DNA from: Octopus vulgaris
Taxonomy: Eukaryota
Direction: 5' to 3'
DNA: 64,000 nucleotides
Assembly: GCA_951406725.2 (NCBI GenBank)
Contig: OX597830.1
Coordinates: 15,748,001-15,812,000, forward strand
Each line of letters starts with the position of its first letter. Position 1 is the first letter of the stretch. The position numbers and the translations under genes are program-made. Below the pieces are notes generated by a model. It was not told where the DNA came from. It was given only the letters and a program-made list of their open reading frames with translations, and did not search any database. Positions 26,719-48,239 of the stretch are shown piece by piece.

Positions 26719-27693
26719 GAATTCTTAGCCTGCTCCTGCTGATACTTTAGAAGAAGCTGAAGTGTCTTTAACTGTGACTGATTTTCACAATTCCAGTTTT
26801 GCAGACAAAATTGGAAACCTGAGACTTGAAACTGATTTCATAGGCTTCAGCTTTAAATGAAATAACACACACACACACACATAATGCGGATGGTCATGTT
26901 GTTCCTCTACAACAAATCTGTTTTGTACTGACCCCACTTCTCCCATACTTTAACCTCTTTTGACTGCCACACACACAAAAAAATTAAAAGAATAAAGAGT
27001 AACACCCAGTACATGGTATAAAGTGGTTGGCATTAGGAAGGGCATCCAGCTGCAGAAACAAAAGCAGGCATTGGACTATGATGTAGTCCTCAGACCCGTC
27101 TGGTGCCATCGAGCCATACAGCACATGCAAGTATGGAACATGGATGTTAAATGATGATGATGATGATGATGATGATGAGGATTATATATAGTCGTGCTAT
27201 GCTAGCAGAGCTTGGTAGGTCTTCTTGAGTACAGCATATTGCCAATCATGTGTGTGTCTGTGTGTCTGTGTTGACAAATAGAGAGAGATATCAAGGATAA
27301 AACTTAATTCTAAAAAATTCCATCTAATTCTTTTTGAATCTTGTAGGAATTCAGCCTTTTTTTTTTTTTTTTTTTTTCCTTCTCTTTTTCTTTTTATATA
27401 TATCTATGTCAAATTTACATTTTGTCAGTAGACATTTGAATAAATTTGCATCGAAAATAGATCTTGTCTCCTACCATGGCACCAAACTCTGAGAAATCTG
27501 TATGAAATTTAAGCAACAGTTGTAGTAGATTTTAAGGCATCATATTGTTACACTGTGTCCTGTTCAGCCCTTCCTGTGCAGTTGTGTTTTTTGTTTCCTG
27601 GTGTATCGATAGACCCCTGAGTTCAATGTTATTTAGTTATTTATTCCTTTAAGACATTTGTTTGCTTTCCTTTTATGTTTATGATCTGTTATA

Positions 27694-28082
27694 CTCTTTA
27701 CTCTTTTTACTCTTTTACTTGTTTCAGTCATTTGACTGCGGCCATGCTGGAGCACCGCCTTTAGTCGAGCAAATCGACCCCGGGACTTATTCTTTGTAAG
27801 CCCAGTACATATTCTATTGGTCTCTTTTTGCCGAACTGCTAAGTGACGGGGACATAAACACACCAGCATCGGTTGTCAAGCAATGCTAGGGGGACAAACA
27901 CAGACACACACATATATATATATATATATATACGACAGACTTCTTTCAGTTTCCATCTACCAAATCCACTCACAAGGCATTGGTCTATAGCAAAAGACAC
28001 TTGCCCAAGGTGCCACGCACTGGGACTGAACCCAGAACCATGTGGTTGGTAAGCAAGCTACTTACCACACAGCCACTCCTGC
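27694..28082 (-). mobile_element. SINE family A
   Basis: Near full-length match with a small internal deletion. Confidence 0.9.
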
Positions 28083-28283
28083 ACAGGCTATATAATGTGT
28101 GTATGAATTAGATAGACAATCAGTCAGTTGAAAACTCTCATCACCATCAAAGATGATGATTTAAACCCAGCTGTTTGCTCATGTTCTATGTATCTGTCAT
28201 TTGTTAAAGTTGACTTAAACTGTAAAATGTTTATTACACTGTATTTGAATCCTCGTTGACTTTTTGTTTCTTTTGTTTTGCAG

Positions 28284-29041
28284 ATTCTTCCAACTTCCCG
28301 AGTGGTTGCTCCTCTCCACTTAACGACTCCCAGGATGGAGAAAGTTATTTTGATTTTACCAAAAGTGACTTATATACTGCAACTCAGAAAAATGCCAAGT
28401 TGGTGCAAGAGACCCTCTTTGACGAAGGTTTGCGTATTGCACAACAGTACGGCATGGCTGATTTTGCAGAGCAGCTAAAAGAACTGCAACAGCAAAAACC
28501 TAAAAGTAACATTACAGGATATAAAAAATCCATCAACAGAAATATGAATGGAAACTGTAGTCATAAAACTGTGATCAATGAAGCAGATGATGATGTAATT
28601 GAAGACGAAGATGAAGATGTGGTGATAGATGAGTACAATGATAATAACAACAACAATAGTTGTAACAGCACTAGTAATAACAACAACAACAACAATAGCA
28701 TCAACATCAACAATAACAACAACAGCAGCAGAAACCATTCATCTAGTGAAGAGTTGGAAAATACAAATAATGAAATACTTCCAAGAAAGAATGGAATTGA
28801 AGAGAATGACAGTGTGAAGACTAACCTAGTTAAAAATAACATGATGGTGGGTTATTACGCAGCACTGGAGAGTAAGGACAGTTTCAAAGAAGATAAACAT
28901 GATCTAAGGGAAGAATCTATGGCAAATGATCTGCTAATAAGAGACAGAAGAATCAAAGACGGCAAAAAATATTGGAGTGGGCCCTTTGGGCATAGTCTTA
29001 TCCCAAACGGTGAGAATGGCAACCAACAAATGGATGGTTAG
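28284..29041 (+). CDS. Gene A terminal coding exon (acidic and poly-Asn low-complexity C-terminus); protein family not recognised
   Basis: ttttgttttgcag acceptor; phase 1 matches the previous exon (G+AT = Asp); longest ORF in the window; ends in TAG. Confidence 0.85.
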
Positions 29042-37457
<8,416 letters not shown>

Positions 37458-37557
37458 NNNNNNNNNNNNNNNNNNNNNNNNNNNNNNNNNNNNNNNNNNN
37501 NNNNNNNNNNNNNNNNNNNNNNNNNNNNNNNNNNNNNNNNNNNNNNNNNNNNNNNNN
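37458..37557. other. Assembly gap (100 N)
   Basis: Run of N. Confidence 1.
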
Positions 37558-37692
37558 AAGAAAATATGTCTGAGAAACAATTAGACTGTTATGACCAAAA
37601 TTCTTTTTATCGTTGCTTTACTGAATTCAGGGTGATCTGACATTAAATAAAATAAAAACTGAACCCTGCAGGAGTGTCCATCTCTACCTTAA

Positions 37693-37912
37693 CCCTTTTG
37701 TTACCAACCCGGCTGAAACCGGCTCTGGCCTTTAGTATAAATGTCTTGTTTTCATAAGTTTTGAATTCAAATCTTCCACCAAACCTTAGTCACAATTTAT
37801 GTTCCTAACACTAGCTTAATGATAACTAAGTTATTTTATAAAATTCTTTGTTATATTTAAAATAATTGAAAGAAACACAGAGCATCTCAAAATAAATACA
37901 GTAATGAAAGGG
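37693..37912. mobile_element. piggyBac-type MITE F2
   Basis: TTAA-CCCTTT/AAAGGG-TTAA; near-identical to 17083-17303. Confidence 0.85.
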
Positions 37913-38269
37913 TTAATAACTGGGCCTGGAAATGCAAGATTCTCACATATTTTGCACTTTATGGAAAATATTTCATTTTGCTTGTAGGAATCCAATAGAT
38001 ATTTGGCTCAGAAGTCAGGATATCAGCAAAATTTCATTTTATTTTAAATACTGTCATTGTACCATTGTTAGAGAAACTAAAGCCTTGGTTTTAAATTAAA
38101 TTTTTAATTTGCCTTTATTAGAAGTTTATATAGAATGAATTAAATTATTGCACTGAATGCTTGCTAATGTTTGTTCAAAGATTTAGAGTTTGTGCGTCAA
38201 AGCAACTGTAAAGATTGTGAAGAGGCATATGTTGTTAGGAGGATATAGTGCTGGTTTGTTTAATAATAA

Positions 38270-38590
38270 TAATAATAATGAAATTATTGTATACAGTGCT
38301 CAGGTGCACCACAACTTATCAAAAAGTGCATATAAAGTATATGCAGTAATGTACAAATGTCTGGAAAGCGAACAGTGTATGAGTCAGATACATACTTGCG
38401 TGTGAGAAAATCAGGTGTAGTGTTGGCGAATCTCAGGAAACATGGAAGTTTTGAAGGATGCAGTGCTCTGACAACTAACAACTGATGCCGGCAGTCTGTT
38501 CCATGCTTCAGCAACTCTTAGCGTGAAAAAATGTTTCCGAAAGTCATGGGAGCTGTGCTGTTTTCTGACTTTGTAAACATGTCCACGGGT
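38270..38590 (-). mobile_element. CR1-clade LINE 3' end (ORF2 C-terminus plus (TTA)n tail)
   Basis: Minus strand translates TRGHVYKVRKQHSSHDFRKHFFTLRVAEAWNRLPASVV, the classic CR1 C-terminal motif; shorter copy at ~17790-17915. Confidence 0.85.
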
Positions 38591-38631
38591 GTATGTAAAG
38601 GTTCTGTTTTGGAGACATAGGAGACTTGGTA

Positions 38632-38806
38632 CATCATCATCATCATCATCATCATCATCGTTTAACGTCCGTTTTCCATGCTAACATGGGTTGGACGGTT
38701 CGACCGGGGTCTGGGAAGCCAGGGGCTGCACCAGGCTCCGGTCTGATCTGGCAGTGTTTCTACAGCTGGATGCCCTTCCTAATGCCAACCACTCCGCGAG
38801 TGTAGT
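38632..38806 (-). mobile_element. Family D tail element
   Basis: (CAT)n-cgtttaacgtcc...ggatgcccttcc. Confidence 0.85.
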
Positions 38807-38856
38807 AGCCTTATCTTTATTGGAGGATGATAAAGCATCTGTGAGGTATGCTTGCC

Positions 38857-38956
38857 ATCTCAATATGGCTAACCACTAAGGGTGGGTGTTACTGTAGCTT
38901 GTAGCCCCAGTACAGCTACAGTAACACCCACTCTTAGTGGTTAGCCATATTGAGAT
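38857..38956. repeat. Near-perfect hairpin (43-bp stem, 14-nt loop)
   Basis: 38857-38899 pairs with 38914-38956 with one G-T pair. Confidence 0.9.
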
Positions 38957-39486
38957 TACATGTATACCTCACATTGTCGTGCAGTTACTGTTTATACCTC
39001 GTTCAGAGATTTATTATTGATAAAGCATCTGTTTGGCAGAAATGGGACATATTTGGCAGAAATGGGACATATTTGGCATGAGGTGTTCAGGGTGTGTGGG
39101 AAAGTGCGTATCATTTTGTGTGTATGTGTGTGGTTACAAGTGACGAGACAATTATGTATATAGAATGTGGTATGAGAGACAAAAAATCCCTGGTGTCTCC
39201 CAGGAGATAATGTGAAGGAGGGGGCAGCATCAACAAACTCTCAAACCCAGAGGCAAAACATATGTAGAACTTTTAAAGGTAGGCAACTTTCCTTGAAAAT
39301 ATGGCTGAAAGCTTTCCTGGTTTCAAGAGTAACTACATTGACACGTGATGTGCAAAAGCAGATCTCTGGCAAATCCAGAGGTTATACAGGTGTTCATCAA
39401 GAAAAGAAAGGTAATGAAGGTGATAAAGAACTTGTTCGTTACAAATTAGCTGCAAAAATTTTATGCCATCTGGATATTATCTATTG

Positions 39487-40175
39487 TGGCCGATGCCAGC
39501 GCCACCTTGACTGGCTTCTGTGCTGGTGGCATGTAAAAAGCATCAATCGGTTGTGGCCGCTGCCAGCCTCCCCTGGCACCTGGCACGTAAAAAGCACCCA
39601 CTACACTCACGGAGTGGTTGGCGTTAGGAAGGGCATCTAGCTGTATAAACACTGCCAGATTCAGACTGGAGCCTGGTGTAGCCTCCTGGCTTCCCAGACC
39701 CCAATCGAACCGTCCAACCCATGCTAGCACGGAAAACGGACGTTAAACAATGATGATGATGTTTATAGCCTCACAAGAAACAATTGTCTCCTGGAGGTTA
39801 AAAGAACTGAATGGAATAGGAACAGTCTGTTCTGTAAATGACCGTTAAGCTACAACGATGAGGTTTTAAGATGCTGACTAAATGTTATTAATCACATCAT
39901 CATCATCATCATCATCGTTTAACATCTGCTTTCCATGCTAGCATGGGTTGGACAATTTGACTAAGGACTGGTGAACCAGATGGCTGCACCAGGCTCCAAT
40001 CTTGATCTGGCAGAGTTTCTACAGCTGGATGCCCTTCCTGACGCCAACCACTTCGAGTGTGTGTAGTGGGTGTTTTTACATGCCACTGGCACGAAGGCCA
40101 GTCAGGCGGTACTGGCAACGACCATGCTCAAATAGTGTTTTTTACGTGTCACCTGGACAGGACCCAGTCCAGTGG
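39487..40175. mobile_element. Two family D elements tail-to-tail (39487-39761 +, 39895-40175 -)
   Basis: Opposed copies ending in (GAT)n and (CAT)n. Confidence 0.8.
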
Positions 40176-40944
40176 CAGCCATTGTTTTCTCTCATAAGTA
40201 AAATAACAATGATATTATGATGAAGAATTATCACAAATTGGTGTCTGTTTTATTAGCAGCATGAAGAAATGGGAAAAATCTGTGTTTTATGGAAAGCAAG
40301 AGGGAGATGTATAGTGCTGCAGTTTTTATAATCACAGAATCTGTTTCATATCTGGAATGACAGAAACAAAATGAGGATGGTTAGAAACTTCATAATGTGC
40401 GTAATTAATTGGGTTGTATAAGTGAGGAGAGAAGCCTGGATCTGGAAACAATGGTAAGCAGTCATAGATATGGCAATATCCATAGCTCAATGATGCAGGG
40501 ATTTTCAATTTAAGGATTCTTTTTAGGAGCAAATATTACGCAAGCTGTTTCTTGCATATAATTCCAGTAGAAATTAGACTGTAATGCTATTACAGAGACT
40601 TAGGAAAATATTCCTTAATCAGGCAACATTTTACAAATAACAGGACAGCTGGGTTTTCTTGCAGACATGTGAGAAGATAACCAATGATGCCACAAGAGTC
40701 ATGCTTATTATGGAATTGGCTCACTGTTCTCACTGTTCTACATAAACATTTAACAAGAGTTCTGTAAAATAATGAAGACTCTGAAGAAGTCCCTTCTCTA
40801 TTCTCATCTGTTGACCCCAACACCAAGATGATTATTTTAATTTTAGGTATTTGATAATAGTCTGAGGACTTGGGAGTGGTTTGAGAATCTTACCTAAAAT
40901 TATTTACTCAACTCAGGTTGAAAGTAAGATATATATTGGTTTTC

Positions 40945-41550
40945 AAGTTTTGGTACAAGACCAGCAATTTTGGGGGAAAGGCTAAGATGATTCGATTAGC
41001 AACAGTGCACAACTGGTACTTATTTTATCGACCATGGAATGTTGATTGTAAAGTTGACTTCTGCAGCATTTGAACTCAGAACATAAAGATGGATGAAATA
41101 CTGCTGAGCATTTTGCTCCGTGTGTTAATGATTCTACCTACACACCACTTTAGTAAGATATTATATATTCTTTTCTACTCTCGACACAAGGCCAAAAATA
41201 TTTTGGGAGGTGGGGCCAGTCAATTGGATTGACTCCAGTACACAAATGGTACTTAATTTATTGACCCTGAAAAGATTAAAGACAAAGTCAACCTCAGTGG
41301 AATTTGAACTCAGAATGTAGCAGCAGACGAAATACCAATTTCGTTACTACTCACAAGGGGCTAAACACAGAGAGGACAAACAAGGACATACAAACGATCC
41401 CAGTGCGTAACTGGTACTTATTTAATCAACCCCGAAAGGATGAAAGGTAAAGTCGACCTCGGCGGAATTTGAACTCAGAACGTAGCGACAGACGAAATAC
41501 CGATAAGCATTTCGCCCGGCGTGCTAACAATTCTGCCAGCTCGCTTCCTT
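40945..41550 (-). mobile_element. SINE family B cluster (degenerate copy plus a head-to-tail dimer)
   Basis: Three B bodies; junction gacgaaatacc|aatttcgttactac at ~41336. Confidence 0.8.
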
Positions 41551-42139
41551 AATGATATAATATTGATTAATGATTAATGGAGAGGCAAGATTTTTGTCCT
41601 GTACATAACTGATGCATATTTTATCAACTTGGTGTGGTGAAAGTAGATCCTGAAGCAAGTAAGAAAAAAATACAGTTTAGTTCTATAATACTTCTACACT
41701 CTACAGTTTTTACTTTAATAATAATCTATCATAATTAAGCAAACAGATGATAGCCCTGAAGCAGAAAGTGCACTTTTCTTTAAGATTTCCATGTTTATCT
41801 TCTCACAGTAAATCTTGGGAATTAGATTGCTTCATGGTTGACCCACTTCTAATTTACACTGTTTCAAACTCCCAATTTATTTATCAGAGAAACTTTTGAA
41901 CATCAAATCTCTCATCAGTGAGGAAGGTTCTGAGCTAAACAATCATTGCAGAAGTTCCTCAAAGTCCAGCAGTTAATCTGTAAAATCTGAAGTAATGTTA
42001 TGAAGCAAATAGCCAGCTACAAGAATAAGAATTAGACTAAGCTACAAGAATAGTTATGAATAATTAGCTGAACTGAGAAATAGAGAAAGTGAGTTATTAG
42101 AAAACAAACAATACACTACAAAATATCTTTCAAATTTTG

Positions 42140-42145
42140 TTTATT
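42140..42145 (-). terminator. Candidate polyadenylation signal of gene B
   Basis: AATAAA on the minus strand about 65 nt after the stop codon. Confidence 0.55.
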
Positions 42146-42210
42146 TTGACATTAATATAAAGCTTTGATTCAAATTTCTCTCAAGTAGAGATCTTTACCA
42201 GAGTCTCTCT

Positions 42211-42395
42211 CTAGCAGGTCATAGATTTTCTCTGGCTAACATGAACTGATTCACCAACTTGTTTGCCAACCTCGTCAACACAATAGCATGCACTTCCTGT
42301 ACATTGGATTTTGTTGTAATTACCATTGGATTCACAGTGGAACAGTTTGCCAATCAAGCCAGTCTTTCCATATGCGAACTTATGGCGGGCACAGT
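42211..42395 (-). CDS. Gene B coding exon 5: second thyroglobulin type-1 domain and stop
   Basis: tttctttcag acceptor; N-CARHKFAYGKTGLIGKLFHCESNGNYNKIQCTGSACYCVDEVGKQVGESVHVSQRKSMTC*; QC and CYCVD motifs. Confidence 0.92.
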
Positions 42396-42521
42396 CTGAA
42401 AGAAAGCATAAAGAAAGTTTTAGAGAAAGCCAGTGAATCAGTATTTATCTATCATCTCAATTTATTGTGGTAAATACAAAAGTTAAGTTAGTGTTAACAT
42501 ATTTAAAGAAGTGATCTTTAA

Positions 42522-42742
42522 CCCTTTAGTGTTTGCATTATTCTGCCAAAATTAATGCTTTTTAATCCACATTGTTTTGAATTAATCATGCATTATGTTG
42601 TAGCTATGAGATTTTGATGAGGTAGCTGTTAATTTTTAAAACGATATTGTAGGGTTGGTCTGAGAGACCAGATCTGGCCAGTTTGAACATAAAACAGGCA
42701 GAATGCTTTTGGCCGGATATGGCCGGTTTAAATGCTAAAGGG
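42522..42742. mobile_element. piggyBac-type MITE F1
   Basis: TTAA TSD and CCCTTTAG TIR. Confidence 0.85.
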
Positions 42743-42835
42743 TTAAGAAAATACAGGAATCCTTCGCCGTATATCACAGTTAATCTATTCTGCACTCAGT
42801 ACTTTGCGGATTTTTCTGGTTAATATATGTAAATA

Positions 42836-43245
42836 TCTCTTTTACTCTTTTACATGTTTCAGTCATTTGACTGTGACCATGCTGGAGCACCGCCTTTAGT
42901 CGAGCAAATCTACCCCAGGACTTATTCTTTGTAAGCCTAGTACTTATTCTATCGGTCTCCCTTGCCGAACCGCCAAGTTACGGGGATGTAAACACACTAG
43001 CATCAGTCGTCAAGTGATGTTGGGTGGACAAACAGACACACAAACATATACAAACACACATACATATATATATACATATATACGATGGGCTTCTTTCAGT
43101 TTCCGTCTACCAAATCCACTCACAAGGCTTTGGTCGTCCCGAGGCTATAATAGAAGACGCTTGCCCAAGGTGCCATGCAGTGGGACTGAACCCGGAAGCA
43201 TGTGGTTGGTAAGCAAGCTATTTACCACACAGCCACTCCTACGCC
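42836..43245 (-). mobile_element. SINE family A
   Basis: Full-length match. Confidence 0.9.
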
Positions 43246-43281
43246 TATGTAAATTTATATCGCGGACTCCTCAGCATATCA

Positions 43282-44034
43282 TGGGTTTCTGCAGCTCAAA
43301 TTCTGCTGAGGTCGACTTAGCCTTTCATCTCTTTTAAGACAGTGAGTGGCAGAATCGTTAGCACACCGGGAAAAATGTTTAGTAGTATTTCATCTGTCGC
43401 TATATTCTGAGTTCAAATTCTGCTACGGTCAACTTTGTCTTTCATCCTTTTGGGTCGATGAATTAAGTACTAGTTAAGTACTGGGGTCAATGTAATGAAC
43501 TATCCCGCTCCCCCAAATTTCAGGCCTTGTGCCTATAGTAGAAAGGATTATTATTATTATTATTATTATTATTATCATTATTATTATTATTATTATTATT
43601 GAAGGCAGCATGTTGACAGAATTGTTAACATACTGGGCAGAATGCTTAGCAACATTTCATCCAACTTCACATTCTGAGTTCAAATTCCACTGACACTGAC
43701 TTGGCCTTTCATCCTTTCAGGGTCGATAAATTAAGTACCAGTGAGACACTGGAGTTGGTGTAATTGACTTAACCCCTCCGACCTAAAATAACAGGCCTTG
43801 CGCCTATAGTAAAAAGGGTCATTAGTTGGCAAAATCGTTAGCATGCCAGGCAAAATGTTTGGTGGTATTTTGTCCGTCTTGACATTCTGAGTTCAAAATC
43901 AGCTGAAGATTATTTTGCCTTTCATCATTTCGGGGTTGATAAAATAAGTGCCAGTTAAGTACAGGGGTAGATGTAATCAACTTTCCCCCTCCCCCAAATT
44001 TCAGGCCTTGTGCCTATAGTAGAAAATATTATCA

Positions 44035-44086
<52 letters not shown>

Positions 44087-44196
44087 CATTATTATTATTA
44101 TCATCATTATTATTATCATCATCTTTATTATTATTATCATTATCATTATTATCATTATCATTATTATCATTATTACTATTATTATTATTATTATCA

Positions 44197-44260
<64 letters not shown>
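43282..44260 (+). mobile_element. Tandem cluster of 3-4 SINE-B variants with (TTA)n tails
   Basis: Repeated gagttcaaattc...cctttcatcc...caggccttgtgcctatagtag units, ending in a long (TTA/TCA)n tract. Confidence 0.8.
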
Positions 44261-44610
44261 CTCATCACCAGGAGATAAATTTCTCTTTCTTACTGAAGTA
44301 ATGGTACATTAGTTGACAGAAAATAGAACCGTTTAAGCAAAAGCTAACTCAGAGACACCATCCTCATGAAGAAACAAAAGTTAAGTTGATGTTAACATTT
44401 TCAAAGCAGTGAAAAATAAAAATACCAAATTAGAAATTCAATGTGTGATGAATAAATACAATGTTGGTCAAAGTTTAATATTGTTTTGTTATTTCAGCAA
44501 TAGGGAAGATATCTGTGGATATATTCCTGTCTCATTAGGATCCCCTCTCATTAGGACTTCACTATCATCTTTGAAATAGTAATGGAAAAGTCACTAAGAA
44601 AATAATTAAG

Positions 44611-45082
44611 ACTGGCACTATGATCCAGCGTTGTCAGGTCTAGTGCTAGTCAAGCATATTTGGTCTTTCATGACAATCCTGCTCTCTTATCATTCACCTG
44701 GTCTAACTCATTAATTATTCCCTGCATTTTTCAAATCAAAAAAAGCATGCACGTTTGAAAGCCAAAGAGGTGTGATACATAACAAAGGGAGGGAAATGCA
44801 GAGTTTTAAAGAGTTATTTCCCTTCCTATGGTTTAATATCTTTAGATTAAACTGCTAGAGTTACGTTCCTTGTATCAAAGACTGAAACATAAGGGATCGG
44901 TTTTTTTTTTTTTTAATGGCTTTCAGGGGTAACTGGGGAAATGAAAAGATCTTCACAACCACCCTTGGACGGTTTTGAATGACCATAGAAAGTGTGAGCC
45001 TTCTATCTGAAAAATTGTGGATTTGTATAAAGGACATGCACACACACAAACACAGACATTTTGCCGTTTATATATATAGAGA
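44611..45082 (+). mobile_element. Probable non-autonomous Helitron-like element
   Basis: Starts actggcactatgatccagcgttgtcagg and ends acacagacattttgccgtttatatatatagag. Confidence 0.45.
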
Positions 45083-45885
45083 TTCCACAAGGGTTGGTAC
45101 AGAGTTGTTTAGAGGAAGTCAAATGCATTAGGTAGAGGCGTGCATCAATATGCTATGTGTTGCAGGAGATTTCCTGTGGTCAACGGGAAAAGGAGTACCA
45201 AGGAGAAGTTGTTTACTGCCTTCCTCAAACTCACTGAGAGTCCCTTAGACAAGATACTCAACTCCACTTACAGCCTCTAGATAAACAAGGGACACTATCA
45301 TGTTGAAACAGCCAAAGCTTTAGCCAACAAGAGAGTTTCTATGCTGTCACTCCAACTGCTAGAAATAACAGCTAAATCCTTCTTAAATCACATCCTGCCA
45401 TCTTAAAAAGACACAGTAATCCCCAGGATATAAACAGACAGGATGGTCATTGATAGAGTGTCTTTGTTAAAGAATAACAGCAAATGAGTTTCTTTTGCAA
45501 GATTTTATCTGCTTAGGGAACTAAAATAACTTTATGTTAGTCGTTATGGAAAATATCAGGAATAAAAAAGGGACATAGCTAGAATATATCAGATGACTTT
45601 ATCAGGGGATACAAAATATTTTTCAGAATCTCTTCCCTCTGTTAATGCTAGTCTTCAAAATATAAAAATATCTTCTGAGAGACCAAAAAAGCTGCCAGAT
45701 CCAGGTACAATGTACTTTTGCGAAACTATCTCATAATTTCTCAATATAATAATGTGTATCTGTTATATTTTTAATGAATAAAGGCAGCTGCCATGTTTTT
45801 TTAGACTGGAATCGTCTCTATAAAACGACTGCCTTGAAGGCAATGCTAGATGAATTCATTTAACTTGTAGAGAATTATAACTTAC

Positions 45886-45965
45886 TGCAATTCATTCCTT
45901 GGATTTCATGAATGGCAGATTGGAATCCTGGGATACGGGTACCATCTGTGTGTGCACAGAAACAC
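45886..45965 (-). CDS. Gene B coding exon 4: C-terminal half of thyroglobulin type-1 domain 1
   Basis: tttcacag acceptor and gtaagt donor; V-CFCAHTDGTRIPGFQSAIHEIQGMNC; phase 2 in, phase 1 out. Confidence 0.92.
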
Positions 45966-46022
45966 CTGTGAAATTAAAAAAAAGACATTAATAAAAGACA
46001 CTTTTCAGCTGCCTTAAAATCA

Positions 46023-46067
<45 letters not shown>

Positions 46068-46070
<3 letters not shown>

Positions 46071-46622
46071 TAATCATCATCATCATCATTTAGCGTCCGT
46101 TCTCCATGCTAGCATGGGTTGGACGGTTCAACTGGGGTCTGTGAAGCTGGAAGGCTTCATCAGGCCCAGTCAGATCTGGCAGTGTTTCTACGGCTGGATG
46201 CCCTTCCTAACGCCAACCACTCCGTGAGTGTAGTGGGTGCTTTTTACGTGCCACCCGCATGTAATATATATATATATATAATCACATCACGCTTAATCAT
46301 CATCATCATCATCATCGTTTAACGTCCGTTTTCCATGCTACCATGAGTTGGACAGTTCGACCGGGGTCTGGGAAGCCAGAAGGCTGCACCAGGCTCCAGT
46401 CTTGATCTGGCAGTGTTTCTACAGCTGGATGCCCTTCCTAACGCCAACCACTCCGAGAGTGTAGTGGGTGCTTTTTACATGCCACCGGCACAGGTGCCAA
46501 GCGTGGCTGGCAACGGCCACAATCGGTTGGTGCTTTTTATGTGCCACCTGCATGGAAGCCAGTCAAGGCGGCGCTGGCATCGGCCTCGTTTGGATGGTGC
46601 TTTTACGTGCCACAGGCACAGG
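46068..46622 (-). mobile_element. Two tandem family D elements
   Basis: Copies at 46068-46258 and 46297-46622. Confidence 0.85.
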
Positions 46623-47100
46623 GATTGCATCAGCACAGGGATATGAATCATATAAGTTTCTTCGATTTCAAATGGCACAGTGGATATATGTTCCCTGATT
46701 CTAAGAAATCAGTACAGAACAGGTCTTCATACTTTGATTTGAGAAAAATGCTCCCAGAAACTCATTTGAAACATAATTTCTTTTGCATTATCTAGATTCT
46801 CTTCTTCGTTATTTTAAAGAAAGACTTTTCCAAAATGTTGGTTTCACATCATAGAATCTGGAAAAAGTGCTTATGCCCCAACGTATGAATTAATAGATTT
46901 AGTTTATGTGAATATATATATATTTATTCTAGCAGCAATGAATATGTTGCCAACAGCTTAGAAGACTTTTCATGAAATTAGATATAAAATTAATGAACCA
47001 CGTGCTGCGCAGTGATTTCTATGATTATCTACGTTCGTTTATTTTCAAGCCAGTAGCTTATTTGTAATGAAATGATATCACTATGGTAACAATATCTTAC

Positions 47101-47218
47101 ACTGATCCATGGCACTGGACAGCAGAGAAAGTTCCATCAGTTTCACATCGAGGAATAAATGCTCCGAGCAAATTCTTGCCCTTAGTCTCCGATTTCAGTT
47201 GTGTACAATTCAATGGTT
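47101..47218 (-). CDS. Gene B coding exon 3: N-terminal half of thyroglobulin type-1 domain 1
   Basis: tcttcgttttag acceptor and gtaaga donor; K-PLNCTQLKSETKGKNLLGAFIPRCETDGTFSAVQCHGS; FIPxC..DG.F..QC motif. Confidence 0.92.
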
Positions 47219-47555
47219 CTAAAACGAAGAGAAACAGTAAATTAGAATGGAAACAACTACGCCAAGTTGGTGGATAGAAATTAACTAAATTAGATCTTTC
47301 CTCACAAAGACGGAAGAACCACTGTGTCTCTACAGTTTGTACAGTTACTAAGTAATGACAAACCAGTCAGGTCAAAAACGAGAGCCTTTAGTCAATGGCT
47401 GCCCAGTCAGTGAGAAATAGCAGCCAAATATCATTCAAATCACGCAGTGCTCCCTTCTCAATGAACAGACACAAGGCCCAATGTAGTTTTAGAAACGTTA
47501 TGTTTAAAAGACCTCTTTAATCGTAGCTGTCATAGACTCTTTAATCGTAGGTGTC

Positions 47556-47729
47556 GTAGACAACCAATGCTGGTGTGTTTACGTCCCCATAACTTAGCGC
47601 TTCAGCAAAAGAGAGAACGATAGAATAAGTACTAGGCTTACAAAGAATAAGTCCTGGGGTCGATTTGCTCGACTAAAGGCGGTGCTCCAGCATGGCTACA
47701 GTCAAATGACTGAAACAAGTAAAAGAGTA
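47556..47729 (+). mobile_element. 5'-truncated SINE family A
   Basis: 3' half only. Confidence 0.85.
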
Positions 47730-47925
47730 TAGTACAAAGCGAAGGCCTTCAATCAAAGTTAAGAAACACTTCTAACAACAGGTGAGTTAACACATTAAAT
47801 ATCAATTTGGTCTCAGGTACATCAACTCCTTTCAATCACTTTTCCTAATTGGGAGTTGTCTCCCCTGCTTTCATATGTTTTTATTTAGGTATTGTTCAAC
47901 AATGCTTACCTCATCTTAATTTAGT

Positions 47926-48239
47926 TTGAGACCCCCTTCGGTCACGATACAGACCATGGGATTGCACCTAGAAAGTTACCCTCCCAGGCACAAGTCCGGA
48001 CAAGGTTGTTTATGGAAGAACAGCAGTCACCCATGCATAACGACCTCCCCTCTCCCTGCCACCAGTGTTATCCAAGGGAAAGGTGAAGAGGCCGATACTG
48101 CTTGGCACTAGTGACGTCGCAACTCATTTCTACAGCTGAGTGAACTGGAGCAACGTGAAATAAAGTGTCTTGCTCAAGAACACAACACGCAGCCCGGTCC
48201 GGGATTCGAGCTCACAACCACTGAGCCATGGGCCTTCAC
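47926..48239 (-). mobile_element. tRNA-derived SINE family E with a CORE-like segment
   Basis: Minus strand GTGAAGGCCCATGGCTCAGTGGTT..TCGAATCCCGG..GTGTTCTTGAGCAAGACACTT. Confidence 0.75.
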
